This document shows, piece by piece, positions 10,972 through 21,492 of a DNA stretch of 64,000 bases. The position numbers were made by a program, and so were the translations under genes. The DNA comes from Oscillospiraceae bacterium. GTDB lineage: Bacteria > Bacillota > Clostridia > Oscillospirales > Ruminococcaceae. The number at the start of each line of letters is the position of its first letter. Position 1 is the stretch's first letter. Below the pieces are notes generated by a model. It saw only the letters and a program-made list of their open reading frames with translations, was not told the DNA's origin and ran no database searches. The stretch lies in assembly GCA_018110935.1 (NCBI GenBank), contig JAGDBX010000090.1, positions 401 to 64,400 of the forward strand, read 5' to 3'.

Positions 10972-13383
10972 ATGGATATGACAAACGCAATCAGCAGCAC
11001 CGGCGTATCTGTTCCTGTCAAAAAAGGAAAAAAGCGCCGCAAAACACCGCTGATCCTGCGAATTCTCAAAAAAATCGGCCTGGTGATTCTGGTGACACTG
11101 CTGTCCTTCCTGCTGCTGTTTATCATCATCGGCGTCATCTGCGGCCTGACCGCAACCGCCTATGTCGTCAATTACATGGAGTCTACAAACTCAGTCAGTA
11201 TCCAGGAAATGACAATGAGCTTTTCCACCAACATCTATGAGATGGATGAGAACGGCGAATATGTCAATGTCTACAATGTCAATCAGTCCGTTCAGAGACT
11301 GCCGGTCGATCTGGAAAAGGTACCGCAGCACACGCGCGACGCCTTTGTCTGTGCGGAGGACGAGCGTTTCTATCTGCATGAGGGCATAGATTTCAAGCGT
11401 ACGGCAGGTGCCATCGCGAACATGATCCTCAAATTCTGGAACTCTGAACAGGGCGGTTCCACGATCACGCAGCAGCTCGTCAAGAACCTGACCGGAGACG
11501 ACGAAAAGAGCCCGCAGCGTAAGATCCGTGAGATCTACCGTGCGCTGCAGCTCGAAAAATCCTACTCCAAGGATGAGATCCTCGAAACCTATATCAACTA
11601 TATCGGCTTCGGCGGCGCGGCAAACGGCGTTGAAATGGCCGCGAAAAAATATTTCGGGAAAACCGTCAGTGAGCTTTCCATCGCGGAAAGTGCATGTCTT
11701 GCGGCCATTCCGCAGAACCCGGAGGTCAACAACCCGTTCGCCGGCAGATATGAGGTCCGCGAAAACGAAGTCACAAAGACGGAATATGTCTCTGACAACT
11801 TCATCAACACCGGCGAACAGGCCAACCGTGAGCGTATGGAGTATATCCTTTACAGAATGTACTATAACGGCGCCATCACCTTTGACGAATATCAGGATGC
11901 GCTGCATGAGCACCTGATCTTCAAGGGTACCGACGAATACAAGGCTCTTCACCCCGAAGAGGAGCCCAAGGTCGATGAGAACGGCGCTGCCGTCACAGAG
12001 GAAAAGAACACAACATGGGCCGTCGATGAGGCGCTCCGCGAATACGCGCATGTGCTGATGGAACAGCGCGGCATCACAATGAAGAGAGCGCTCGGCATCA
12101 TCAACAGCGGCGGCTATCAGATCTATACGACAGTTGACCGCAAAATGCAGGCCTATGTCGAAAACAAGTTCCTCGATATGAACAACATCCTGAGCGGCAT
12201 GACGACTGTCTCAAGAACCAATTACCGCCGCGATCTCAACCACGACGGCAAATATGAGGGCGTTGTCAACGGCAAGAAAGAGGTTTTGCCCCTGCAGTGC
12301 GGCTTTACGGCGATCGACTATGACGGCAGAGTGCTCTGCACCGTCGGCATGATCGGCAAGAAGCAGGGCTCCCTCGGCACATCCTTCGCATCCACAGAAA
12401 AGCAGCAGCCCGGTTCCGCGATCAAGCCTGTCACTTCCTACGGCTACGCACTCTATCACGACGCAATCTCCTGGGGCACAAAGCTGCTTGACAATCCGGT
12501 CATCACCAACCCTGAAACGGGAAAGCCGTGGCCTTCCAACTATTCCGAAACCAACATCGGCACATGGTCTCATGCAAAGGTCAATGTATATAAAGCACTG
12601 GAAGTCTCCAAGAACACGATCCCCGCGCTTCTGGTCAAGAATTTCCGTGAGCAGGTCTATGACTTTGCGATGAATTCCGTCGGCCTGAGCCTTGATGCAA
12701 AGGACCGCGACCTTGCTCCGCTTTCCGTCGGTGCTCTGCGCTACGGCGTGACGGTTAAGGATCTCGTCAACGCCTTCATGATCTACGGAAACGGCGGCAT
12801 CTTCTGCGACGCACATATCATCGACCGCGTGGAATCCGGTGACGGCGGCGTGATCTATCAGGGCGGCGAAGGAAAGACACAGGCCGTTGACCGCGAAACC
12901 TCCTATGTTATGAACAAGCTGCTCCAGAATGTTATCAACGGCGAGCAGGGTACCGGTAAACAGGCAAAGCTCTACAAGAACGGCAAACAGATCCCGATTG
13001 CCGGCAAGACCGGTACGACCACGGACTGGTGCGATAAGCTGTTTGTCGGTCTGAATCCGGACTTCGTCAGCGGCTGCTGGTTCGGCTATGAGGAAAACAA
13101 GGAGATCCAGAACCGCGGCGCTTTTGATACACCGCACGCATGGAAAAATATCATCGGCGACTGGATCACAAAGAACTGGTCCGGCAAGGACTTCCCTGAA
13201 TGCAGCACGGTCATTTCCGGCCATGTCTGCGTGGGAACCGGAAAGATCGCCGGTGACGGCTGCACCAAGGGCGCGGTCGGCTACTGGAAATCCACCAATG
13301 CGCCGTACTGTGACAACCGTGAGCTTGGTCTGCAGCAGCCTAAGAATTACGGCGGCTCAAACGGCAGCGACGGAGGAAACTGA
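10972..13383 (+). CDS. Class A penicillin-binding protein (glycosyltransferase plus transpeptidase)
   Basis: GT51 motifs CAEDERFYLHEGID and GGSTITQQLVKN are present, with transpeptidase motifs QPGSAIKP and KTGTT. Start is at MDMTNA, with AAGGAG 9 nt upstream. The track start at 10885 is a GTG inside the promoter. Confidence 0.93.
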   Translation: MDMTNAISSTGVSVPVKKGKKRRKTPLILRILKKIGLVILVTLLSFLLLFIIIGVICGLTATAYVVNYMESTNSVSIQEMTMSFSTNIYEMDENGEYVNVYNVNQSVQRLPVDLEKVPQHTRDAFVCAEDERFYLHEGIDFKRTAGAIANMILKFWNSEQGGSTITQQLVKNLTGDDEKSPQRKIREIYRALQLEKSYSKDEILETYINYIGFGGAANGVEMAAKKYFGKTVSELSIAESACLAAIPQNPEVNNPFAGRYEVRENEVTKTEYVSDNFINTGEQANRERMEYILYRMYYNGAITFDEYQDALHEHLIFKGTDEYKALHPEEEPKVDENGAAVTEEKNTTWAVDEALREYAHVLMEQRGITMKRALGIINSGGYQIYTTVDRKMQAYVENKFLDMNNILSGMTTVSRTNYRRDLNHDGKYEGVVNGKKEVLPLQCGFTAIDYDGRVLCTVGMIGKKQGSLGTSFASTEKQQPGSAIKPVTSYGYALYHDAISWGTKLLDNPVITNPETGKPWPSNYSETNIGTWSHAKVNVYKALEVSKNTIPALLVKNFREQVYDFAMNSVGLSLDAKDRDLAPLSVGALRYGVTVKDLVNAFMIYGNGGIFCDAHIIDRVESGDGGVIYQGGEGKTQAVDRETSYVMNKLLQNVINGEQGTGKQAKLYKNGKQIPIAGKTGTTTDWCDKLFVGLNPDFVSGCWFGYEENKEIQNRGAFDTPHAWKNIIGDWITKNWSGKDFPECSTVISGHVCVGTGKIAGDGCTKGAVGYWKSTNAPYCDNRELGLQQPKNYGGSNGSDGGN

Positions 13384-13426
13384 ATTGGAACGGCAGAACA
13401 AGAGAGGCAGCACAGCGGGGTTCCGG

Positions 13427-14587
13427 ATGTGCTGCCCCTGCCATTTCGGACTGGAAAGCGTTCTGAAATTTGAGCTTGTCCGTCTGGGAGCCGATGAAAT
13501 CAGCGCTGCAGACGGCAGAGTCTCCTTTACCGGGGACTGGACGATGCTCGCTGCCGCGAATGTCGAGCTGACAACAGCGGAGCGTGTACTGATCGAGCTT
13601 GGCAGCTTTCCGGTCGGTACACAGCGCGGAAAAACACCGTTTGATCCGCTCTTTGACGGTGTCGCGGCTCTTCCGCTGGAACAGTTTATCGGGCAGGATG
13701 ACGCGTTTCCCGTCAAGGGAAGCTCCCTGAACTCCGCGCTGAAAAGTGTGCCCGCCTGTCAGGCAATCGTGAAAAAAGCGGCGGTCAGACGCCTGCAGAA
13801 AGCATGGCATACGGAAGCGCTTCCGGAATCCGGTGCGGTGCATCAGATTCAGTTCGTGATCCGGAATGACATCTGCACCGTCTATCTGGACAGCTCCGGC
13901 GTACCGCTCTACAAACGCGGCTGGCGCGAGAATTCCAACGCCGCGCCGATCCGCGAAACACTTGCCGCAGGCATTCTGGATCTGTCTCATGTGCGCGCCG
14001 GAACGGTGCTCTGTGATCCCTTCTGCGGCAGCGGTACTTTTCTGATCGAAGGTGCATACCGTGCCATGCACATGGCACCCGGACTGCACAGGCGGTTTGC
14101 GGCTGAACGCTGGACACAGATGCCGAAAAAGGCTTGGTTTGATGCGAGAGAAGCCGCCCGTGCCAAGATCGACCGTACTGCTGAGTATTCAGCTTTTGGC
14201 TTTGACAGCGATCCGGAAGCCGTGAAGCTGACGATCGAGAACGCGAAAAAAGCCGGTATAGCCGACCGTGTCACGGTGATACAGCGGGACATCAAAGATT
14301 TTGAAGCAATCGCCGGACAGACAGTGGTCTGCAACCCGCCCTACGGCGAACGGATGCTGGATGTTTCAGCCGCGAGAGCGCTGTACCGCGTCATGGGAAA
14401 AGTTTTCCCCGCTGATCTTGCCTGCAGCATCATCACGCCTGACAATGATTTTGAACAATGCTTCGGACGAAAAGCCCGCAAGCGCAGAAAGCTTTACAAC
14501 GGTATGCTGCAGTGTCAGCTGTACCAGTACTGGCAGGAAACAGAAAGGATGAAACCCAATGCTCACACCCAATCTGACAGTTTCTGA
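13427..14587 (+). CDS. THUMP-domain class I SAM-dependent RNA methyltransferase (RlmL/YpsC-like)
   Basis: CHFGLESVLKFEL has a THUMP-type N-terminus. DPFCGSGTFLIEGA is SAM motif I and VVCNPPYGERM is motif IV. The upstream 113 codons of the track ORF overlap the PBP gene and are rejected. The exact start is uncertain. Confidence 0.8.
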   Translation: MCCPCHFGLESVLKFELVRLGADEISAADGRVSFTGDWTMLAAANVELTTAERVLIELGSFPVGTQRGKTPFDPLFDGVAALPLEQFIGQDDAFPVKGSSLNSALKSVPACQAIVKKAAVRRLQKAWHTEALPESGAVHQIQFVIRNDICTVYLDSSGVPLYKRGWRENSNAAPIRETLAAGILDLSHVRAGTVLCDPFCGSGTFLIEGAYRAMHMAPGLHRRFAAERWTQMPKKAWFDAREAARAKIDRTAEYSAFGFDSDPEAVKLTIENAKKAGIADRVTVIQRDIKDFEAIAGQTVVCNPPYGERMLDVSAARALYRVMGKVFPADLACSIITPDNDFEQCFGRKARKRRKLYNGMLQCQLYQYWQETERMKPNAHTQSDSF

Positions 14588-15854
14588 TGAAGGTCATCTG
14601 ATGTTCGGAGGAGCAGACTGTGTCACGCTTGCACAGCAGCACGGCACACCGCTCTATGTCATGGATGAAAACACGATCCGCGAAAACTGCCGCGGATTCC
14701 GTGAGGTTCTGCAGAATGAATACGCCGGAAACGGGCTGATCTGCTTTGCCAGCAAGGCGCTCTCCTGCAAGGAGCTCTACCGCATTGTTCACTCTGAAGG
14801 TCTTGGAACCGATGTTGTCTCCGGCGGTGAACTGTACACAGCTCTGGCGGCCGGTATGCCTGCCTCCGACATTGTCATGCACGGCAATTCCAAAACAGAC
14901 GCTGAGCTTCAGATGGCTGTTGACAAAGGAGTCGGCAGAATCGTTGCGGACAATCTGCCGGAGCTCGAACGCCTGAACCGGATTGCCGAAGAAGCCGGAA
15001 AAACCGTCCGGATCATGCTGCGCATCAAACCGGGCATTGACGCGCACACGCACGATTTCATTCAGACGGGCCAGATCGACTCGAAGTTTGGCTTTGCGCT
15101 GGAAACCGGAGAAGCCTTGGAAGCTGTCCGTGCGGCAGGAACATACAAGAATCTTGAACTGACCGGCCTTCACTGCCATATCGGCTCGCAGATTCTGGAA
15201 ACAGAGCCTTTTGCAGAGGCTGCCAGAGTGATGCTCCGCTTTATGGATCAGATCCGTGCAGAGCTCGGCATCACGCTGACGGAACTGAATCTCGGCGGCG
15301 GCCCCGGCATCCGCTATGTGGAGCGTGATGATCCGAAGCCATTCGGAGACATCGTCCGTGCCATGCTTTCTGCCATACGGAAAACCTGCTCCGAAATCAG
15401 TTTTCCGGAGCCGTTCATGCTCTTTGAACCCGGTCGTTCGATCGTCGGTGCTGCCGGACTCACGCTCTACACGGTCATGGCGAAAAAGCAGATACCGGAT
15501 ATCCGCAGTTATGTGCTGATCGACGGCGGTATGTGCGACAACCCGCGCTATGCGCTCTATGAAGCTGAATATGAAGCCATGATCGCCAACCGTGCTGATC
15601 AGCCGCGCAGTGAATCCGTCACGATCGGCGGAAAATGCTGTGAAAGCGGCGATCTGCTCGGAAAGAATATGCCGCTGCAGCCGGCGGAACCCGGTGATAT
15701 TCTTGCTGTGATTGCAACCGGTGCCTACAATTACTCGATGGCGTCGAATTATAACCGCAATCCGCGCGCTGAAATGGTCATGGTCAGGGACGGAAAAGCA
15801 CGCACTGTCATCCGGCGGGAGACCTATGAAGACATCTGCCGCTGTGATCTTTAA
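14559..15854 (+). CDS. lysA: Diaminopimelate decarboxylase
   Basis: 431 aa with a PLP-barrel (FASKALSCKE) and the CESGD motif. It overlaps the previous gene by 29 nt. Confidence 0.93.
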   Translation: MLTPNLTVSDEGHLMFGGADCVTLAQQHGTPLYVMDENTIRENCRGFREVLQNEYAGNGLICFASKALSCKELYRIVHSEGLGTDVVSGGELYTALAAGMPASDIVMHGNSKTDAELQMAVDKGVGRIVADNLPELERLNRIAEEAGKTVRIMLRIKPGIDAHTHDFIQTGQIDSKFGFALETGEALEAVRAAGTYKNLELTGLHCHIGSQILETEPFAEAARVMLRFMDQIRAELGITLTELNLGGGPGIRYVERDDPKPFGDIVRAMLSAIRKTCSEISFPEPFMLFEPGRSIVGAAGLTLYTVMAKKQIPDIRSYVLIDGGMCDNPRYALYEAEYEAMIANRADQPRSESVTIGGKCCESGDLLGKNMPLQPAEPGDILAVIATGAYNYSMASNYNRNPRAEMVMVRDGKARTVIRRETYEDICRCDL

Positions 15855-15881
15855 CATATGAAACCGTATCATGAAAGAAAA

Positions 15882-15912
15882 ACCCCCGCCTCATGGGCGG
15901 GGGCTTTCTTTT
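15882..15912. terminator. Bidirectional Rho-independent terminator between lysA and the convergent 88-aa ORF
   Basis: Stem cccccgcc / ggcggggg with loop tcatg, followed by ctttcttttt on the plus strand and preceded by an A-run. Confidence 0.8.
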
Positions 15913-15928
15913 TGATTTGATGCGGAAC

Positions 15929-16195
15929 TTACTTCAGCCAGACAGCTGCAAGCTCCAGTGCATCAAGCAGAGAGCTGCGTTCCGCAGTTTTGACAATCGC
16001 TTCCATCGGATTCAGACTTTTGTCTGTCTTCATCAGATAGCATTTGATCGAGGTCGCCGTGCTCACATCGCCCTGCTTTTCTTCTCCGTTGACATTCATC
16101 ATGACAACAAACGGCTCCGCCATGCTGCCGTAATAAATTGTCTTCCCGCTGCGCACAACGGGTCTGTTTTTGTAGGTCATATAAGCCTCGCTCAT
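15929..16195 (-). CDS. Hypothetical 88-aa protein, last gene of the ABC/GldG/DUF4340 unit
   Basis: This is only an ORF with plausible composition. It lies 40 nt downstream of the DUF4340 gene and is followed directly by a terminator. I recognise no motif. Confidence 0.45.
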   Translation of the reverse strand: MSEAYMTYKNRPVVRSGKTIYYGSMAEPFVVMMNVNGEEKQGDVSTATSIKCYLMKTDKSLNPMEAIVKTAERSSLLDALELAAVWLK

Positions 16196-16235
16196 GTGGT
16201 TTGCCTCCGTTTCCGCGATCTTTCCGTGCAGTTCT

Positions 16236-17744
16236 TTACCAGCTCATTTTGAATTCCTGCTCGGAATCGCCGTAAATCTTCATATTCTCGATCAGTGTTG
16301 TCACATAGGACAGTCTGCAGCGATAGAGGATCCTGCCATTCACAGCAATATACGCCTTTCTGCCGCCCGCGTCATAAAACGCGATCTTCGTTCCGTGCTT
16401 TCCGTCCTGCTGCTCCAGTTCAACGGTCGCAAGCGGATCGCCTTCGGGCGTGACCTCTTCAAGAATCAGGTCTTCCGCCGCTGTTTTCAGCAGATAAGTA
16501 TACAGCAGGCGGAAACGCTCTGTTTCGGTATCCGCGCCGTTCAGCTTGACGGTATAATTCTCCTTGTCGCTGCCCGTGCCCTTGAAATCAAGCGTCACGC
16601 CGTCCGCCTTGTATACCAAAGAAGCGATGTCAAAGACATAGTTATCCACGACCGTTTTCGCGGTGATTTCCGGCGCAGTGACATTGTCCAGCGTGAGATC
16701 ATCGGGCGAAAAGCCGTAAACACAGCTGACAGAATCTACATAACCGTAGTAATAGGTCTGCGTATCGTCATCGCTGAGCTTCTTCTCATAGGTATTTCCG
16801 AGACGGAACACTGTGGTCTTGCCGTCGCTGGTCTCCCATGTGACCTTAAGGAACGGATCATCAAAGCCGTAGGAGCTCAGCTGCTCCGCGGTCGGATGCA
16901 CACAGACCACATCAGAGCTGTTCAGTCCATACAGACCGTGCGTCACAGAAGCGGAACGGTCCACATTGAGCAGACAGTGCACAGGCTCCTCCATGACATG
17001 AAGCGCAGCCATGCCGTTGCTGGAATTCTCTTCGTAATACTTGTCATAAACCAGATAGATGTCATAATCCAGATCCTTGCGCTCCAGACGGACAGAATTG
17101 ACGGTTGTCTTGTCATCCTCGCTCTGATCCTCGGTGACCTTTCTTCCGACATAGTAATTCTGATCGTGCAGATACGGATCAACCGTGGAATATGTGACCG
17201 TATAGACAGCCTCATCGCCCTTCAGACGAAGGTAATACTCACCTTTCGCGGTGCGGTTGCCAATGGAAAATTCGACAGGATCGGCGGTGTCAGAGGTGAA
17301 TTTCACCGTTATGGGTTTATCGAGTCCGAAGCTCTTTAATTCAGCGTCCGTCGGGTGCTCGGAAACAAGTGAGCTCGCATCGACCTGATAGCTGCGTGTC
17401 GCGAGGATGCGGACTGACGCCGCATCCATCGGGAGATCCTCAAGACCTTCCAGATAATAGTTGCATACTTCTGTTTCGGTCTTTTCGCCGGTTTCGTAAT
17501 CTGTGGTCTCCTGCTTCTCAATTCTTCGGTTTGCAGCATAGGAAGCGCCTTCTTGCGGGATCACTTCGACGCGGCTGATGTCATCACTGGACGGAATGTC
17601 CCAAAGCATAATGTGCGGATCCTCATTCTCCGGCAGAGAACTTTCCTCACCCGGTTTTTCAGTCAGTTTCAGAGCCGCAAGACCGCCGCCAAGAACCGCA
17701 AGAACACCGCATCCGGCAAGAAGACCTTTCACCTGTTTGTTCAT
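16236..17744 (-). CDS. DUF4340-like secreted or anchored protein
   Basis: Start is at MNKQVKGLLAGCGVLAVLGGGLAAL (signal/anchor), overlapping the upstream stop as ATGA. This is the usual fourth gene after GldG-like proteins. Confidence 0.65.
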   Translation of the reverse strand: MNKQVKGLLAGCGVLAVLGGGLAALKLTEKPGEESSLPENEDPHIMLWDIPSSDDISRVEVIPQEGASYAANRRIEKQETTDYETGEKTETEVCNYYLEGLEDLPMDAASVRILATRSYQVDASSLVSEHPTDAELKSFGLDKPITVKFTSDTADPVEFSIGNRTAKGEYYLRLKGDEAVYTVTYSTVDPYLHDQNYYVGRKVTEDQSEDDKTTVNSVRLERKDLDYDIYLVYDKYYEENSSNGMAALHVMEEPVHCLLNVDRSASVTHGLYGLNSSDVVCVHPTAEQLSSYGFDDPFLKVTWETSDGKTTVFRLGNTYEKKLSDDDTQTYYYGYVDSVSCVYGFSPDDLTLDNVTAPEITAKTVVDNYVFDIASLVYKADGVTLDFKGTGSDKENYTVKLNGADTETERFRLLYTYLLKTAAEDLILEEVTPEGDPLATVELEQQDGKHGTKIAFYDAGGRKAYIAVNGRILYRCRLSYVTTLIENMKIYGDSEQEFKMSW

Positions 17745-19654
17745 CGATTCTTTCTCCTCACATAAACGACCACGCCGATGGCGGCGACCAGAAGCGGAAT
17801 AAAGATAACGATGATATACCGGATCCATTTCATCTGGTTCTCAGTGATTGTGAGCTTTGCGGAAGACAGAGATTTCTCTGCAATGGTCACCATCGCATCC
17901 TTACCGCTTGCTGTATTCAGAACCGAAATGAAATAGCCCGCGTTCTGATAGGATTTCGACTCCAGAATGTTTGCGTCCAGAATCATCGGGCTGCCGAATG
18001 CAATGATACGTCTGTCAACGTTCTGATTGTCCACTACATTCGAATTCGTCGCGACCGCGGCAACCGTAAACGCTTTCTTCTCGGCTGTGTCAGGATCGAC
18101 CGTATCCATTCCCTCGTCAAGCGGAAGCTCGATCGTCGTAGCGTGCGTATCCAGAAGAGACTGTGTCTCTCTGCCGTTGTTCGGTGTGACAAACTCAAGC
18201 TCGATCGGACGGGCATACGGTGCAACAAGCGGAAGTTTCGATTCCGTAGCGTTCGCGTTCAGATCGTTTGCGGATTTTTTGGCGGTAGGAGTGCCGCGCA
18301 TGATGCCGAGTGCAGTCGGTACAATCTGTGCGGAATTCTCGTCAGTCTCATAGAGCAGAGAATAATTGAATTTCAGGCCCCAGAGTGTCAGGAATGCATC
18401 CAGCTCAGGGGTTTCCTGCTGATAGCAGCTGCTGAAATAGACAAGATCCTTGCCGAATTTTCCGTCGTTTTTCAGGTAGTTTTCAAGCTTGTCGATCTGC
18501 GCGGATGTCGGATCATTGTAAGGCGCACACAGAATGGCCATGTCATACTTTTCCGCTGAAAGCTCATCGGACGCAAGGTCGAGCTCCGTAACAACATAAT
18601 TGTTCTTCTCGAGCAGGCTCTTGATGGCGTTGAAAGACGGGGTGTCATAATTGAAGTAGATCGGCTGACCGTTTGTCTTGCTGATGAGCGCGACATTGAC
18701 CGGGTTCAGGTCGGTCACGCCTGCAACAGCGGAGAGCAGTGACTGCTCACCGACAAAAGTATAGTTGTAATCATAGGTCATGGTCTGATAGTTCGGGATC
18801 TGCTCTGTGTTGATCAGATCAGACCACGGCACAACACGCGTCAGCTCACCGCACTTGACAACGGCATCGCCCTGCACAAAATCGCCGTCATAGTCCTTGG
18901 AATACCGGTTGACAGCTTCGGGCTGCTTGGTCATGTCAATGTATTCCACATCAATGTGACCGTCAGACTCCTTCTTGAAGCGGTCCAGCGTCTCAACAAT
19001 GATATTGAAGCCGCGGGAATCCTTTTCAAGAGCTCCCTCTTCGACCATAACGCCGATCTGGATGTCTTTGTTCAGCTTGTGAAGATAATCGATCGTCTGC
19101 TGATCGAGCTCATACTTGCCGGTAGATGTCAGGTCGATGTTCCAGTGAAAACGGTCATCCAGCACATGGCAGATGACGTTGACCAGAACAACGATGCCCA
19201 GCACAACCGCCGTGATGACCACAGCCAGTGTGCCGAACTTGAACTTCTTGCGGCGGCGGCTCTTGCCCACTGCACGGTCCGCCAGCTGCTCCGGCGTATA
19301 CTCACGCTTCTTCTTGTCCTTCTTCTCTTTGACGGCATCTGAATCCTCAGATTTTTCAGCCTCCGGAAGCTGAACGCCCTCTTTCAGAGCCTTTTCAGCT
19401 TCGCGGATCGCGTCAGCAGCTTCCTCCGCGGTTTCCTCCGCATCTTCAGCAAGCTCCTCAGCGGTCTCTTCCAGCAGCTCCTCAGCTTCTTCCGCGGCGT
19501 CGCCGATGTCTTCGGTCAGTTTATCTGCCGCATCCTCAGCTGCCTCAGCAGCTGCATTTGCCTTGTTTTCCGCTTCCTTTGCGGCATCCAGCGCATTCTT
19601 CTTTGCATCGCCGGCAGCTTCGAGCGGATTCTGCTTTCTGTTCTTCTTTGCCAT
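17741..19654 (-). CDS. GldG-like auxiliary component of an ABC-type transport system, with an acidic Ala/Glu-rich N-terminal extension
   Basis: 637 aa. About 130 N-terminal residues are low-complexity (AEEAEELLEETAEELAEDAEETAEEAAD). A TM helix, a large extracytoplasmic domain and a C-terminal TM helix follow, which is GldG topology. Confidence 0.7.
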   Translation of the reverse strand: MAKKNRKQNPLEAAGDAKKNALDAAKEAENKANAAAEAAEDAADKLTEDIGDAAEEAEELLEETAEELAEDAEETAEEAADAIREAEKALKEGVQLPEAEKSEDSDAVKEKKDKKKREYTPEQLADRAVGKSRRRKKFKFGTLAVVITAVVLGIVVLVNVICHVLDDRFHWNIDLTSTGKYELDQQTIDYLHKLNKDIQIGVMVEEGALEKDSRGFNIIVETLDRFKKESDGHIDVEYIDMTKQPEAVNRYSKDYDGDFVQGDAVVKCGELTRVVPWSDLINTEQIPNYQTMTYDYNYTFVGEQSLLSAVAGVTDLNPVNVALISKTNGQPIYFNYDTPSFNAIKSLLEKNNYVVTELDLASDELSAEKYDMAILCAPYNDPTSAQIDKLENYLKNDGKFGKDLVYFSSCYQQETPELDAFLTLWGLKFNYSLLYETDENSAQIVPTALGIMRGTPTAKKSANDLNANATESKLPLVAPYARPIELEFVTPNNGRETQSLLDTHATTIELPLDEGMDTVDPDTAEKKAFTVAAVATNSNVVDNQNVDRRIIAFGSPMILDANILESKSYQNAGYFISVLNTASGKDAMVTIAEKSLSSAKLTITENQMKWIRYIIVIFIPLLVAAIGVVVYVRRKNR

Positions 19655-19671
19655 TTTGAATCTCTCCCCTC

Positions 19672-20376
19672 TCAGCTCCAGCGTCTGTGCTCAAACACGC
19701 GGATCGTCAGAAAATTGAAAACGAACGCGACACTGACATAGAAAATAATTGTCGTCACATTGAACAGACCGACTGTGATTGAATAATACTTCGAATAGAA
19801 CGAAAGATGGTTCAGAACCGTCTGCACCCAGGAAATATGGATCATATTTGCGACCAGATCGAGCAGATACAGCGCCATCAGCGCGACAAAGCTCATGACA
19901 GCAGCGGCGATCTGGTTTTCGGTCAGTGCGGAAATCAGCGTGCCGACCGCGATAAAAGCGGCACCCAGCAGGAACAGCGCAAGGAAGTTCGCAAAGACAA
20001 TCCCCCACTCGACCGCGCCGAACGCACTGATAATCAGCGCATAGACAAAGGGCATCAGGATCGCGATGGTATACAGCGTCAGTGCAGCAAAATACTTGCC
20101 GAACACGATTTCGCCGAGACTGACCGGCGCCGTCAGAAGCCCCTGTTCGGTCTTCTGCTTTTTCTCCTCAGAGAAGAGGCGCATCGTCAGAAGCGGAATC
20201 AGGAAAATCACGACCAGAAACAGGCTCTGGAACACACCGGACATATCTGTTGTGCCGGCTGTGACGCTCGAAGCATAGAAAAACCATCCGGAGAAAATCC
20301 AGAAAACAGCAAGAAAGATATATGCGATACTCGATGTGAAATAGGCACCGATCTCGCGTCTGTAAATCGCACCCAT
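19672..20376 (-). CDS. ABC-2 type transporter permease (GldF-like)
   Basis: 234 aa with six hydrophobic segments, located directly after the ABC ATPase gene. Confidence 0.8.
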   Translation of the reverse strand: MGAIYRREIGAYFTSSIAYIFLAVFWIFSGWFFYASSVTAGTTDMSGVFQSLFLVVIFLIPLLTMRLFSEEKKQKTEQGLLTAPVSLGEIVFGKYFAALTLYTIAILMPFVYALIISAFGAVEWGIVFANFLALFLLGAAFIAVGTLISALTENQIAAAVMSFVALMALYLLDLVANMIHISWVQTVLNHLSFYSKYYSITVGLFNVTTIIFYVSVAFVFNFLTIRVFEHRRWS

Positions 20377-20379
20377 CAG

Positions 20380-21366
20380 TCAGTCCTCCTTTGTCTGTGC
20401 GTCGTTTTTCGCATCATCTGACGGAATGACCACACCCTCGCCCATTGTGATCTTGAGGAACACATCTTCAAGCGTCATTTCAGCGGAGCGCAGCGACAGC
20501 AGATACCAGTGATGCTCGCTGACAATATCAAACAGCGGACGGCGGATATCAAATCCGGGGGCTGCTTCCAGTTCATATTCATAGACGCCCGGTTCACGCT
20601 CCATATCGGCGCGGCAGTAACGGATGCCGTCAATATTGCGCAATGCCCTGACGATCTCCTCACGCGGTCCCTCAATGCGCGCAATGATGCGGTGATCCGC
20701 CGAAACATTCCTTGAGAGGTTGTCAGCGGTATCATGCGCGGCAACAACACCGTGATTGATGATGATGATGCGGTCGCAGGTCGCCTGAATCTCACTCAGA
20801 ATATGGGAAGAAAGAATGACGGAGTGATTCTTGCCGAGCTTTTTGATCAGCGAAAGGATCTCCTGGATCTGTCTCGGATCCATGCCGACCGTCGGTTCAT
20901 CCAGAATGAGGACGGGCGGATTTCCGATCAGTGCCTGTGCCAGACCGACACGCTGACGGTAACCTTTGGAAAGATTCTTGATCAGGCGGTCCTGCACATC
21001 GCTGATCTGTGTCAGATTCATGACCTCATTCAGATGCGCACGGCGCGGAAGCTTGCATTTTTTCAGTTCATAGACATAATGCAGATAGCTCTTGACGGTC
21101 ATATCGACATAGAGAGGCGGAAGCTCCGGCAGGTAACCGATATAGGATTTCGCCTTGATCGGATCCTCCAGAATATCAACACCGTTGATCAGTACGGTGC
21201 CGGAGGTAGAGGAAATGTAACCGGTCAGCATATTCATCGTTGTGGACTTGCCGGCGCCGTTCGGCCCCAAAAAGCCGAGAATTTCGCCGTCCTCAACGGT
21301 AAAGCTGATGTCGTTGACCGCATGCTTGTCGCCGTAATGCTTGGTCAGATGCTGAACTTCAATCAT
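20380..21366 (-). CDS. ABC transporter ATP-binding protein (GldA-like)
   Basis: Walker A is GPNGAGKST, the signature is LSKGYRQRV and Walker B is LILDEPT. Confidence 0.93.
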   Translation of the reverse strand: MIEVQHLTKHYGDKHAVNDISFTVEDGEILGFLGPNGAGKSTTMNMLTGYISSTSGTVLINGVDILEDPIKAKSYIGYLPELPPLYVDMTVKSYLHYVYELKKCKLPRRAHLNEVMNLTQISDVQDRLIKNLSKGYRQRVGLAQALIGNPPVLILDEPTVGMDPRQIQEILSLIKKLGKNHSVILSSHILSEIQATCDRIIIINHGVVAAHDTADNLSRNVSADHRIIARIEGPREEIVRALRNIDGIRYCRADMEREPGVYEYELEAAPGFDIRRPLFDIVSEHHWYLLSLRSAEMTLEDVFLKITMGEGVVIPSDDAKNDAQTKED

Positions 21367-21492
21367 TGTGATCGTTCATCCCTTTCTGCGGCAGACGCCG
21401 CTTGGTTTATAATATAGATATGAACAAAGACTTTTCATTCCCTGTATATTGTATCTGCAGAATGTGAAAGTCCCGTGTCAGTCTTACGAAAA

